A stretch of 59,038 nt of DNA from a virus (IMGVR_UViG_3300021256_000061), one strand, 5' to 3'; shown: positions 9,411-18,501, numbered from the stretch's first letter. The notes: generated by a model not told the origin, from the sequence alone. Numbers and translations: made by a program.

Positions 9411-9525
9411 CCTCATTGGTAGCCCAGCGAGGAATAGATGGGGGCTTAAAGAACAGTGCTTATGGTACTTATCAAAGTGGTGATGGGCGCACTTCGTGAA
9501 CTTTATTATAGTTAAAAAAATATAG
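9411..9525 (+). pseudogene. decayed family C C-terminal module
   Basis: In-frame after stop: PHW*PSEE*MGA*, versus HWKPSEEQMKAL near 32575. Confidence 0.7.
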
Positions 9526-9605
9526 TTGTGAAATATATTGAAAAAGTGTTAAACTATTTATAATAAATAGGCCCTTTATTTTTGTAAAAAATAATTTGTA
9601 TGTTT

Positions 9606-9635
9606 GCCTAACGGGGCTATTTTGCTCCGTTAGGT
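9606..9635 (+). promoter_or_regulatory. 12-bp hairpin in the fimbrial operon leader
   Basis: gcctaacggggc-tatttt-gctccgttaggt directly after a TATGTTTG -7-like box. Confidence 0.5.
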
Positions 9636-9653
9636 GTAGTATAATATAAAGTA

Positions 9654-10766
9654 ATGGATAAAATAACGACAATACTCTTGTGTGGCATTATGTCACTTCT
9701 GCTCTCTACTAAATCCTTCGGACAGATGGTGGAGAAAGACACTGTCATTACGGGCAGGGTAGAGTTTGTCGTCAATACCAACAGGATTATTGACAACGAC
9801 TGTTATTCGCAGTTTGCTAACGAGATTCTTCCCATGGTCCATTATAATGAGGACAGGGTAATTAAAGTGATGATTGTTGGCTCCGCTTCACCAGAGGGAA
9901 ACCCTGAGAGAAACAGATACCTTTCAAAGATACGCGCTGAAAAGGTGCTTGATATCCTTAGCAAGTTCATTAGTAAGGAAAAAATAGATGTGGTGAGCGA
10001 CGGCGAACTTTTCCTACAGGTATCAAGATGTAAGAAAGAAGATTTCAAGGTACGAAGGGGTGTTTATGTCGAAGCATGGATTGAAGGGGTTTCAACCCAT
10101 ACCGTTAATACACTCAAACTTGAAAGGGTTGACACGCTGTATATCCACGACACGCTTTATCTTCATGATACGGTTTATATTGAGAAACCTTTCAAGAGGA
10201 TTCCAATACTTGCCGTCAAGACCAATCTCGTATCGGATTTACTTGTAACACCAAATATTCAGGCAGAACTTTATACTCACCTGTGGGGCTTGTCGCTTGA
10301 ATTTGACTATACCTTTCCTTGGTTCCATAAGGATTATGATAAATACTTCTATTATCAGATTCTTAATGGTACCGCAGGAATCAGAAAGTACCTAAACAAC
10401 AAGTACAACGGCCATTATTTCGGCATATACGCAAACACTGCAGTATATGACATATGTCCTTTTGATAAGGATAAAGGATGGCAAGGCGAAGTGTACGGCG
10501 CGGGAATAAGTTATGGATATGTTTTCCAAAACAAGAAGCACCCGAGGTTAAAGTTTGAGCCGTACATAAGAGTTGGATGGTTCAATACGAAATTTGACAC
10601 CTATCATGCTTCGCAGCCCTGGGATGGCAAGTATTACTATAATTGGTACTTAAAGGCAAGTGATTTTGTGCCAAGAAGATTCAACATGAATTATTTCGGT
10701 CCTACAGAAATTGGATTTAATTTTACCTTTGATTTGATATGTTTAAGAAAATATTACTATTTATAA
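9654..10766 (+). CDS. DUF3575-family outer-membrane protein with OmpA-like N-terminal domain
   Basis: Signal peptide; VGSASPEG...NRYLSKIRA; AVKTNL...PNIQAE; aromatic barrel end ending GPTEIGFNFTF. Confidence 0.8.
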   Translation: MDKITTILLCGIMSLLLSTKSFGQMVEKDTVITGRVEFVVNTNRIIDNDCYSQFANEILPMVHYNEDRVIKVMIVGSASPEGNPERNRYLSKIRAEKVLDILSKFISKEKIDVVSDGELFLQVSRCKKEDFKVRRGVYVEAWIEGVSTHTVNTLKLERVDTLYIHDTLYLHDTVYIEKPFKRIPILAVKTNLVSDLLVTPNIQAELYTHLWGLSLEFDYTFPWFHKDYDKYFYYQILNGTAGIRKYLNNKYNGHYFGIYANTAVYDICPFDKDKGWQGEVYGAGISYGYVFQNKKHPRLKFEPYIRVGWFNTKFDTYHASQPWDGKYYYNWYLKASDFVPRRFNMNYFGPTEIGFNFTFDLICLRKYYYL

Positions 10767-11815
10767 TGACGACCTTTTCATTTTTGATAGGGTGTGAAAG
10801 GAAACCGCTGTACCTCCAAGGAGATACGGCGTTAAAAATAAACGTTCAGGTCGAGGCAAATATAAACGTCCTATGGAATGTACATTGGAGAGACAGCCTT
10901 AAATATGATTGGAATGAGAGTTTATGTGGCCCGTTGTTTTACACATTGCCAACACAGTGCAATGTTGTCATATTTAATGACGGAAAACTATTAAGCGAAA
11001 CAACCGTACAGACGGGAAAGAGGGAACTCATTGATGTAGAGTTAAACAAGACTTATGATTTACTTATTTATAGCAAGGAGTATTTTTGGACCAAGACCTA
11101 CTACGACGGCGGCAGATATTATGTTGAAACACCCTCAACAAAAGGAAGAGCCACTGAAAACACGATAAGTCAAGAATACGAAACCGTGGAACAGCCTGGT
11201 GAAGTATTCGCGATGAATAAAAAACAGATTTATTTGTCAAATGACCTTTCAGATTTCGAGGAGGTGATTGAAAACGGTAAACTTGTGTATGTCTATAATA
11301 TAGATGAAATGCTTGAGCCCGTTTCATACATTTACATTATACAGTTCATTGTAATAAACGACGACAATAGTCCGATAATTGAGGCCAAGGATATAGCGAA
11401 CTTTACGATTAGCGGAATATCCACGAAGAAGAATATGTTTACCAATACCCCTGTTTATACGGGAAACAAGCAGATTTCCACCTTCGACGTCAAACCTGGA
11501 CAGTTTCGTGGCACCGACAGCCTAGTGTTTGCCTCAAGGGTTACAATATTGGACCTGTTGCCTGATGAAGTAAATAGTTCGTGGAGTTCACAGATTGATT
11601 ATCTATACTATACCAACATCGATGTGGAAACATACAACTATGGCGAAGTCACGGGAACAAAGAATATTACAAAGCAGTTGAGAGAAAACCCCAAGGGTGG
11701 AATCATAACAGTGACGATACTCAACTCTGAACTGAAGAAAGATAATCCAAGCGGCTCCAATACATTTGGAATCGACTTGAACGAATGGAGAGAACACGTA
11801 TTTGACGTGCTTTAA
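10739..11815 (+). CDS. DUF5119-like fimbrial-locus lipoprotein
   Basis: Lipoprotein signal then CERKPLY; C-terminal GIDLNEW; synteny. Confidence 0.7.
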   Translation: MFKKILLFIMTTFSFLIGCERKPLYLQGDTALKINVQVEANINVLWNVHWRDSLKYDWNESLCGPLFYTLPTQCNVVIFNDGKLLSETTVQTGKRELIDVELNKTYDLLIYSKEYFWTKTYYDGGRYYVETPSTKGRATENTISQEYETVEQPGEVFAMNKKQIYLSNDLSDFEEVIENGKLVYVYNIDEMLEPVSYIYIIQFIVINDDNSPIIEAKDIANFTISGISTKKNMFTNTPVYTGNKQISTFDVKPGQFRGTDSLVFASRVTILDLLPDEVNSSWSSQIDYLYYTNIDVETYNYGEVTGTKNITKQLRENPKGGIITVTILNSELKKDNPSGSNTFGIDLNEWREHVFDVL

Positions 11816-11847
11816 TAAAGAAATAAGAAAAAGAAATTAATTATACT

Positions 11848-13353
11848 ATGAAAAAACTATTCACAATTATTCTTTCAGTAATTTTCATTTTTGCATCTTG
11901 CGCAAAGATTGAAGATTTATCTGTTAGAAATGGAAACACAAATGGGGCAGAGATTTCCTTCAGCACGAAAGCCTCTGTTGCAACTAGAGCCATTGTTGAC
12001 ACTACTGCTATGGTAGACAACTTTGGCGTTTACGGTTATGTAGTCCCTGGTGACTATACGGTTAATGGTGGCTATCTTATGAAAAATGCCGAGTATGACA
12101 AGGACGGAAACGCGGTTAGTGGTCCTTACTATTGGCCCGTATCCGACAACAATACTGGCATTGATTTTATCTTCACTGCATACTCACAGTTTGTCTCCGC
12201 TCCTACTTGGGAGAACGACACATTGAAGCTTGCGGTTCCTACACTCACTCAGGCTCTTATAGACAATCCTGACGATTTCAATGATGTTCTTTGGGCGCAA
12301 ACCGCTTACAATCATCATCAGAACAGCGTCGCTGAACACGAAAGGGTTAACCTTGATTTCAAGCACGCTCTTTCTTGGATTCAGTTCAGGGGCGAGGTTA
12401 CTAATGCCAACGTCAAGTGGGCTAAGGTAAAGCAGATTAACTTCGGTGAGTATGTAGATGCTATCCCTGCTACGCCAGACCAGCAAATTGCAAAGCCACA
12501 AAATGGTCTATTAACAGGTTCATCTTGGGCAAGAACATCCACCAGTGTTGGCGCAGTAATAACTCAAGAAGATATTGATTATATCAATGGTTTGTTTACA
12601 TATACAGGTGGACTCACATTTACTTATAGTAATAGTGCAACACTTACGAATACTGATAATGTAAATGGTTATTTCAAGGAAGCACTTGGTATTAAAGATT
12701 ATTTAATTTCAAAACATCCAAGTCTTGCTGGTGTATCTGATACATTTATGAATTCATTTACTAATTTCTATCTTATTCATATTGAAAAGAATGGAGATGA
12801 GGTTTGTGGATGGTTCTACAACAAAACGAAGGGCCAAGTTTCTTCTGTTAGCACGGTTGAATACGAAACCATTCCTGGTAATCCTGCAATTCCCGCACAC
12901 AGTTCAGAAGGTCTTTATGTCAACGGCAATCTTTGCCTTCCCACCAAGGACACCATCACAGTGAACCCTTCAGCCACCTACGGCACACAGAAGGACACCA
13001 CCCTCAACTATATAAGCGCACAGGTCGACACCATCTTTACAAATGCTCACGAGATTCTCGGTAACGCACTTGTAATCCCTCAGCCCGTTCCCCAGAACAT
13101 CACTATTGTATTCGATATCTGCATCGTAAATCCTGATGGCGACGAGGTTGTCTTCCTCGACAGGAAAATAACGAGGACTATCAATACTGGCAAGGATATG
13201 GTGAACGTAGATTACACGCCTTCTTGGGCAGCATCTAACAAGTATATCTACAACTTTAAATTCGATGGAGATAAACTTGAGTTCACGACAAGCGTCCTTG
13301 GATGGACCGACGCTGCTACTAACCAATATCATGTTTGGGATTACGGCGAATAA
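11848..13353 (+). CDS. fimbrillin-family (Mfa/type V pilin-like) lipoprotein
   Basis: ASC lipobox; ISFSTK..ATRA; FGVYGY; YYWP; DVLWAQ; LDFKHALSWIQF; YIYNF...V.GW end. Confidence 0.8.
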   Translation: MKKLFTIILSVIFIFASCAKIEDLSVRNGNTNGAEISFSTKASVATRAIVDTTAMVDNFGVYGYVVPGDYTVNGGYLMKNAEYDKDGNAVSGPYYWPVSDNNTGIDFIFTAYSQFVSAPTWENDTLKLAVPTLTQALIDNPDDFNDVLWAQTAYNHHQNSVAEHERVNLDFKHALSWIQFRGEVTNANVKWAKVKQINFGEYVDAIPATPDQQIAKPQNGLLTGSSWARTSTSVGAVITQEDIDYINGLFTYTGGLTFTYSNSATLTNTDNVNGYFKEALGIKDYLISKHPSLAGVSDTFMNSFTNFYLIHIEKNGDEVCGWFYNKTKGQVSSVSTVEYETIPGNPAIPAHSSEGLYVNGNLCLPTKDTITVNPSATYGTQKDTTLNYISAQVDTIFTNAHEILGNALVIPQPVPQNITIVFDICIVNPDGDEVVFLDRKITRTINTGKDMVNVDYTPSWAASNKYIYNFKFDGDKLEFTTSVLGWTDAATNQYHVWDYGE

Positions 13354-13388
13354 ACACAATCTTATTGATAAATTTAACATTGTTAACA

Positions 13389-13414
13389 GGAGGTCAAATT
13401 TTTGGCCTCCTTTT
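13389..13414 (+). terminator. intrinsic terminator of fimbrial operon
   Basis: ggaggtc...ggcctcc then T-tract. Confidence 0.75.
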
Positions 13415-13442
13415 GTTTTATAAAAAGTTTTTTGTATATTTG
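13412..13442 (+). promoter_or_regulatory. Bacteroidetes housekeeping-sigma promoter
   Basis: TTTG-N19-TATATTTG. Confidence 0.75.
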
Positions 13443-13446
13443 CAAT

Positions 13447-13854
13447 ATGGAAGATTACAAAGAAAAATTAAAACTTAAAGAAGGAGCAATATGGCTCAAA
13501 GATACAATGAAAAATGTACTTCAGGAAGTATATGACCACTACCGCTCCGTTGTATTGTCAAACGATTATCTTTGGAAGGAAAATGAACGCCTCAAGGGTG
13601 AAGCATACAAGGACGAGGAACTTGCGAAGATGAAGGAGCAGTATGAGAAAATGAAAGCCGATTACTACCGCGGATTTGCTATTTCTAAAGAGGAAGAAGA
13701 AAAGATTAAAAAATGGAAGGAAACGCTTCCCGATGCGAATACAGGAGCCATTGGTGGTAGGTTTACATATCAGTTTATCTGTACTTCAATCGGCAATATT
13801 GGCACGGTAAAGGATAGCGTTACAGGAGAAGAGTTCACCTTCAGGGAATTATAA
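13447..13854 (+). CDS. conserved phage hypothetical protein
   Basis: Ends GAIGGRFTYQFICTSIG...VTGEEF; start reassigned. Confidence 0.75.
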   Translation: MEDYKEKLKLKEGAIWLKDTMKNVLQEVYDHYRSVVLSNDYLWKENERLKGEAYKDEELAKMKEQYEKMKADYYRGFAISKEEEEKIKKWKETLPDANTGAIGGRFTYQFICTSIGNIGTVKDSVTGEEFTFREL

Positions 13855-13982
13855 CATAGCCAACAACGAAAAGCTCAAAAGATTACAGAAAGCCTGGCAG
13901 GACGAAAACATGTCCCACGGGGCGTTTGCTTATACACACGAAGAGATTGAGCATTATATTAATTTATTCAAACCCAAAAGAA

Positions 13983-14273
13983 ATGAAATTTTATCACGGC
14001 ACAAGTAAAGAAAATTGGGAGGCCATTCAAAAAGAAGGCATTCTTTATGGTAGAAGATATGTCCTAAATAACGATGGCAGCATAAATCATGAGGTTGATA
14101 GATGTACGTATCTCGCAGTAGATAAAGAAGAGGCAGAATGTTACGGGGAAATTGTTCTTGAAGTCGAATACGACCCATTTCAATCGAAACACAATAATTA
14201 TAAAGAAGGCTGTTGGCAAGTTAGAGTTTACGAACCAATTTCATTAAATCAAATCAAAAAATTGACAATATGA
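13983..14273 (+). CDS. small protein, possible ADP-ribosyltransferase-like fold
   Basis: FYHGTS...I.KEG...TYLA...LEV pattern. Confidence 0.5.
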   Translation: MKFYHGTSKENWEAIQKEGILYGRRYVLNNDGSINHEVDRCTYLAVDKEEAECYGEIVLEVEYDPFQSKHNNYKEGCWQVRVYEPISLNQIKKLTI

Positions 14274-15163
14274 AACTTAAAAATGAAGTTATAACACTCC
14301 CATCAGACATTGATGCTGAATGCATAGATATTTGCAACACTCTTAATTCGCTTCCTGAAACAGAGACATTCGAGTCTTGCTGCGGGCACCTCAGGTATAG
14401 GTTTAGCGTGTGGTTCTTTTGCTACAGCATTGATGTCCTTTCACGTCTTGGAAGGGCTGTTGAACGTAATTATTCTGACGGTAAATGGGAAATCGTTGTT
14501 GATTCGACTGATACATATCCAAATGGCGTATTTTGGCTTCGCTCGAAGGAACCATTTAAAACCGAAGAAGAAATGAGAGCATCCGTTAATAACCTGATTG
14601 GTAATATTAACCATTGGGTGCAGGATGCGTTTGATGAATATTTTTCAAAGGCCTCTCTTCGGTCTCTTCAGCAGGAGCAGTCCACACACGATTATTTTGA
14701 TGAGTATTTCAAAGACGAATCAGGCGCCGACAATGATGTTGTTGTCAGTCTTTCCAATAAAGTTTCTGACATAATAATTTCACAAGTGAAAGAAAATTTA
14801 TCTAAGCCAAAAACAAGAGACAAGAAATTTTCTGAACTGAAGGCGGGCGATTCTGTATGGATTTGGTGGCTCAGTGAATTATACGAATACGGCGTGCAGG
14901 ACATTGGCTTCATTACTGATGATGGCGAAAAAGAACTCTTGCCAACGGGAGATAGACATTTATTATTGAAAGGTGGAGGAGCATATTATCTCACAAAAGA
15001 TTGCGCCGACAGTGAAGCCTTTGTTTGGGGCACGGACGGTTGGCACGAATACAAGATAATCGGCACCTCTAAGGAGGCTGTAAAAAAATGTTTAGTGGAT
15101 AACATTAACGCTGACTTGAAAAAGCTCGAAAAACAAACACTTAATTGGTTATCAGAATTTTAA
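14270..15163 (+). CDS. hypothetical two-domain protein
   Basis: N-terminal TFESCCGH motif; coupled start. Confidence 0.7.
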   Translation: MKLKNEVITLPSDIDAECIDICNTLNSLPETETFESCCGHLRYRFSVWFFCYSIDVLSRLGRAVERNYSDGKWEIVVDSTDTYPNGVFWLRSKEPFKTEEEMRASVNNLIGNINHWVQDAFDEYFSKASLRSLQQEQSTHDYFDEYFKDESGADNDVVVSLSNKVSDIIISQVKENLSKPKTRDKKFSELKAGDSVWIWWLSELYEYGVQDIGFITDDGEKELLPTGDRHLLLKGGGAYYLTKDCADSEAFVWGTDGWHEYKIIGTSKEAVKKCLVDNINADLKKLEKQTLNWLSEF

Positions 15164-15175
15164 AAAGCGAAAAAT

Positions 15176-15412
15176 ATGAGTACAGTTCTTATTATTGTGG
15201 CCATTGTAGCATATATCGTTAGCGTTGTATTTCTGGCATTTATGTATGATGATGAAAACATTAGCCCTAACCTGTGGGCCTTTATAGTATTGGTTTGCCC
15301 AATATTAAACACTATTTTGCTATTGGTTTTTTGGTGTGGGGTATATAAAGGATTCTTAAGCCTGAGAGCGTTCATAAAAGAAATTCAAAATAATTTGGAT
15401 AATAAACTTTAA
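15176..15412 (+). CDS. small membrane protein
   Basis: Two hydrophobic segments. Confidence 0.7.
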   Translation: MSTVLIIVAIVAYIVSVVFLAFMYDDENISPNLWAFIVLVCPILNTILLLVFWCGVYKGFLSLRAFIKEIQNNLDNKL

Positions 15413-15425
15413 TTTCTTATATTTG
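15394..15425 (+). promoter_or_regulatory. Bacteroidetes housekeeping-sigma promoter
   Basis: TTTG-N20-TATATTTG. Confidence 0.7.
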
Positions 15426-15447
15426 CCCACAAACAATCTTGTAAGAT

Positions 15448-15765
15448 ATGATAGTACCAGTGCCCATTTTTATCTACAAAAAAGAAAAGTCTGACAAGGA
15501 ACTTCGCGAGGAAATGGCTCGCGAAGCCAGATGGCGCAAACTAATAGAGGAGGATGAGGCTCGGCGACGTGCCCGCGAACGAGAAGAAAAGGAAAAGAAA
15601 CGAACCGAAAGAGAGCTGAAGGAAAAACAGGCCAATGAGGCATATGAGGCGCTCAGACGAAAGGATGAGTGGCAAACACTCCTCCTACCCGAAGGGTGGA
15701 GCATCTTTGGACAAAGATGTTTCGACCCTATATCATTGTTTTATGAGGACGAAATGTCCGTTTAA
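15448..15765 (+). CDS. charged coiled-coil hypothetical protein
   Basis: E/R/K-rich helix. Confidence 0.65.
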   Translation: MIVPVPIFIYKKEKSDKELREEMAREARWRKLIEEDEARRRAREREEKEKKRTERELKEKQANEAYEALRRKDEWQTLLLPEGWSIFGQRCFDPISLFYEDEMSV

Positions 15766-15779
15766 ATTTTTTAAGTGAT

Positions 15780-16277
15780 ATGAATATAGCATTAGTAGCA
15801 CACGATGGGCGTAAGAAAGAACTCATTGAGTGGGTTACATACAATATAGACGAACTTACAAAGCATAATCTGTTCGCGACGGGTACAACGGGAAAACTCA
15901 TAAAAGAAATCCCAAGCGATTACAATGTTGCGGAATACGATTCTGCTACTGACACCGTTTACACCTACGCGGAACACCCGTTGGAGAATAAAGTAACATG
16001 TTTGCTCAGTGGCCCACTTGGGGGAGACCAACAGATTGGGGCTATGATTGCAGAAGGGAAGATAGATGTTCTTATTTTCTTCTGCGACAATCTTATTATG
16101 CAGGGGCATCAGAATGATGTATCAGCCCTCACGAGATTGGCATCACTTTATAATATTGCATTTGCAACCAACAGAACAACTGCAGACATGATACTAACAT
16201 CGTCGCTTTTCAATAACCCTGAATACAAAAGGGCCGTCCCCCAGGCGATTGAAAACTATAAAAATAGACAACTCTAA
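15780..16277 (+). CDS. mgsA: methylglyoxal synthase
   Basis: IALVAHD, ATGTTG, SGPLGGDQQIGA, FFCD, GHQND, ATNRTTAD. Confidence 0.93.
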   Translation: MNIALVAHDGRKKELIEWVTYNIDELTKHNLFATGTTGKLIKEIPSDYNVAEYDSATDTVYTYAEHPLENKVTCLLSGPLGGDQQIGAMIAEGKIDVLIFFCDNLIMQGHQNDVSALTRLASLYNIAFATNRTTADMILTSSLFNNPEYKRAVPQAIENYKNRQL

Positions 16278-16281
16278 TACT

Positions 16282-16491
16282 ATGAGCAATAATTCTTCAA
16301 AATTTAAAGTCTCAGAATTAATTGAGAAACTTAAGGAGTTTAATCCTGACGCATACGTCATAGGCGTTTATAATTATGTCGGCCACGACTTATTAAGTGT
16401 GGGGTTTAGTGGAGGCGATGGTTGCACAAAAGCCAACTGTGATGAAATTACCCTTCATTTTACCGACGATAAGTCAGAACAAGCAAGCTAA
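16282..16491 (+). CDS. small hypothetical protein
   Basis: KVSELIEKLKEFNPDA motif. Confidence 0.7.
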   Translation: MSNNSSKFKVSELIEKLKEFNPDAYVIGVYNYVGHDLLSVGFSGGDGCTKANCDEITLHFTDDKSEQAS

Positions 16492-16546
16492 AAGAGGTGA
16501 AAACGGTCAACCACCCACGAATTTATTCGTGGGCTTGTAACGCCAC

Positions 16547-17716
16547 TTAACGTGGGCTTACATACGATTGGGCGGTTGACAGCGCCCTGCCCGTAAGGGG
16601 TGTGAGTCCACCATCAATTGGCAGAGAACTCGATACGGGGTGTTTGGAACGAACTCCAATGTTGATTGCCGCATTCCAATCTGCATCAAGAACAACGCCG
16701 TCAGCGCAGACGTATCGCCTGCCGCAACGACGCCCGTCTTTCTTCCCTGTCCTTGAATCCGTTTGACTGGTGAATGTCGGCGAAACCGTTTCAACTCGCT
16801 TTCCTGCGAGTTGTGCCTTGTGCTCAACAATTTGTCTAAACATATAGAACGGCACCTGCGACATCGCATTGTTGTGCCGTTTTCTTTTATATCCCTCTTT
16901 TGTAGCAGAGGTATTTTTCTTAATTTTTGTAAGGTCCTCAAGGACAATCACTCCCGCATCGGTATTATTGATTAATGTATGAGCTGCACGGTAGCACATG
17001 TCCTTTGAAAGATTGTGTTCCTTCTTTTTTAATTTTTTTCTATGTTTGTAAGCACTCTTGGTTTTTTTCTTCTGTAGAGAGGATTTCAAGTGCCTAATTT
17101 TCCGCCTGTGGTCAAGATATGTTGTATCACGGAATGAGTTCCCTTCAGATGTAACAAAGAATTGACGCATCCCAAGGTCAACACCACATGCATTATCGTT
17201 GGTCATCGGTTTCTCGGGAACCTCAAATGGTATTGACAAGAAAAACCTGCCGTCGCGAAGGAAAATTGTAGGGTCGCATGCCTTAAATGCTGTTAGCATA
17301 TACTCGGCTTTTGAAAAAAGCACGAATGGTATCAATCTGCGCTTGTGTGCCAATGGCCCCGTTAGAGTAATCCCATTAACAGTTAATAACCCATATAGCC
17401 TTTTATCAAGCGTCATTACGAGGGATTTGCGTTTTGGTATGGCATTGGCGTGTTTGTTCGAACGGGCACTTTTTAAAGCAGCCGCAGCGGCTTGCTCGCA
17501 TTTAATAACCATTTGTGAAGATAGAATAGGAAACCGAGCCCTTGTTTTGTCGTAACAAGCCTTATGGATACACTTCATGGTAAGTGGTGACTTCTCTGCG
17601 ATTAGAAGTTCCACGCAGAAATTAAACGCATCGCGGGCCGAGACAAGAAGTTTCTCCCAATGTTGGGAATAGTCCTCATCCATCTGCAGCGGTATGTTAT
17701 AAGTCTCAATTACCAT
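16547..17716 (-). CDS. tnpB: TnpB RNA-guided endonuclease family protein
   Basis: RuvC motifs GVDLG, VLEDL, DADWNAAINI. Confidence 0.92.
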   Translation of the reverse strand: MVIETYNIPLQMDEDYSQHWEKLLVSARDAFNFCVELLIAEKSPLTMKCIHKACYDKTRARFPILSSQMVIKCEQAAAAALKSARSNKHANAIPKRKSLVMTLDKRLYGLLTVNGITLTGPLAHKRRLIPFVLFSKAEYMLTAFKACDPTIFLRDGRFFLSIPFEVPEKPMTNDNACGVDLGMRQFFVTSEGNSFRDTTYLDHRRKIRHLKSSLQKKKTKSAYKHRKKLKKKEHNLSKDMCYRAAHTLINNTDAGVIVLEDLTKIKKNTSATKEGYKRKRHNNAMSQVPFYMFRQIVEHKAQLAGKRVETVSPTFTSQTDSRTGKKDGRRCGRRYVCADGVVLDADWNAAINIGVRSKHPVSSSLPIDGGLTPLTGRALSTAQSYVSPR

Positions 17717-17765
17717 ATTTCACGTTCGTGATTTTATTATAAATAGTATTTTATTTGCAAAAAGT

Positions 17766-17796
17766 TTTGTTTTTTCAAAGAAAAGTAATATTTTTG
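17766..17796 (+). promoter_or_regulatory. Bacteroidetes housekeeping-sigma promoter inside the IS end, pointing outward
   Basis: TTTG-N19-TATTTTTG. Confidence 0.55.
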
Positions 17797-17895
17797 CAAA
17801 AGGTTAAACTTATAATAAATAAAAAGGCTAACCGCAATTCCTCCCAACGGCTAAAGCCGTGGGTTTCCTTGCGGTAGATATAATGAGGAATAACT

Positions 17896-17920
17896 ACGGG
17901 TTCGAGTCCCCTCCGAACCA
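17896..17920 (+). pseudogene. tRNA 3'-half remnant
   Basis: acgggTTCGAGTcccctccgaacca: T-loop plus acceptor 3' strand; no 5' half seen. Confidence 0.5.
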
Positions 17921-17932
17921 CACAAACAAAGT

Positions 17933-17949
17933 TTGGCACGGTTTTTGTA
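17933..17949 (+). promoter_or_regulatory. sigma54-type promoter (-12 variant GT)
   Basis: TTGGCACGGTTTTTGTA, 27 nt before ATG 17976. Confidence 0.6.
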
Positions 17950-17975
17950 ATATATTTTAGAAACTTTTAAAAATT

Positions 17976-18398
17976 ATGATAACCGAAGATTACGTTAGTT
18001 TTGAAACGGCTAAACTCTTAAAAGAAAAGGGGTTTAATGAAAAATGTCCCTGTTCTTATAGAAAAAAATTAGTTAACAATAAAATAGTAGATGAAGAAGA
18101 ATTATTTGTGTCTGCTCATTTAATGCTGACTAATAGTGAATTAGAAGATAAAGCATATAGAGACATTGTTTACTGTTCCGCTCCGACTCTCCAAATGGCA
18201 ATGAAGTGGCTGAGGGAAGTACATAACTATAATATTGAAATTGACACCTTGGGAATGAAAGAACTAAATAGCCTTTCTTGGAGAAGCGCTGTTTATTACC
18301 TAATAAATCAAAATGAATGTTATTGCGAAGATGAGTTTGTATCTTATGAAGAAGCCTGCGAAGCAGCCATAAAATATTGTCTTGAAAATTTGATTTAA
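17976..18398 (+). CDS. family A protein
   Basis: All three conserved blocks. Confidence 0.9.
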   Translation: MITEDYVSFETAKLLKEKGFNEKCPCSYRKKLVNNKIVDEEELFVSAHLMLTNSELEDKAYRDIVYCSAPTLQMAMKWLREVHNYNIEIDTLGMKELNSLSWRSAVYYLINQNECYCEDEFVSYEEACEAAIKYCLENLI

Positions 18399-18400
18399 TT

Positions 18401-18499
18401 ATGAGTGTAACTTTACAAGTTGTATTAGGCATAATTTGCGGTATTTGTTGTGGGTACGTAATATATGCGTTTTTGCAAAGTGATGAAAATTTGATTTAG
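18401..18499 (+). CDS. 32-aa single-TM peptide with family A tail
   Basis: MSVTLQVVLGIICGICCGYVIYAFLQSDENLI*. Confidence 0.6.
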   Translation: MSVTLQVVLGIICGICCGYVIYAFLQSDENLI

Positions 18500-18501
18500 T
18501 T

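Larger units (their letters stand above)
16506..17874 (-). mobile_element. IS200/IS605-family element carrying only tnpB (IS1341-like)
   Basis: End hairpins gtcaaccacccacgaatttattcgtggg and ttcctcccaacggctaaagccgtgggtttcc; no tnpA; boundary near 17874 approximate. Confidence 0.85.

Noticed and set aside
9606-9635. Invertible promoter for the fimbrial operon
   Set aside because: The inverted repeat encloses only 6 nt and no invertase is nearby.
17896-17920. Complete tRNA split by the IS
   Set aside because: No complementary GGTTCGG 5' acceptor strand or D arm on the far side of the element.
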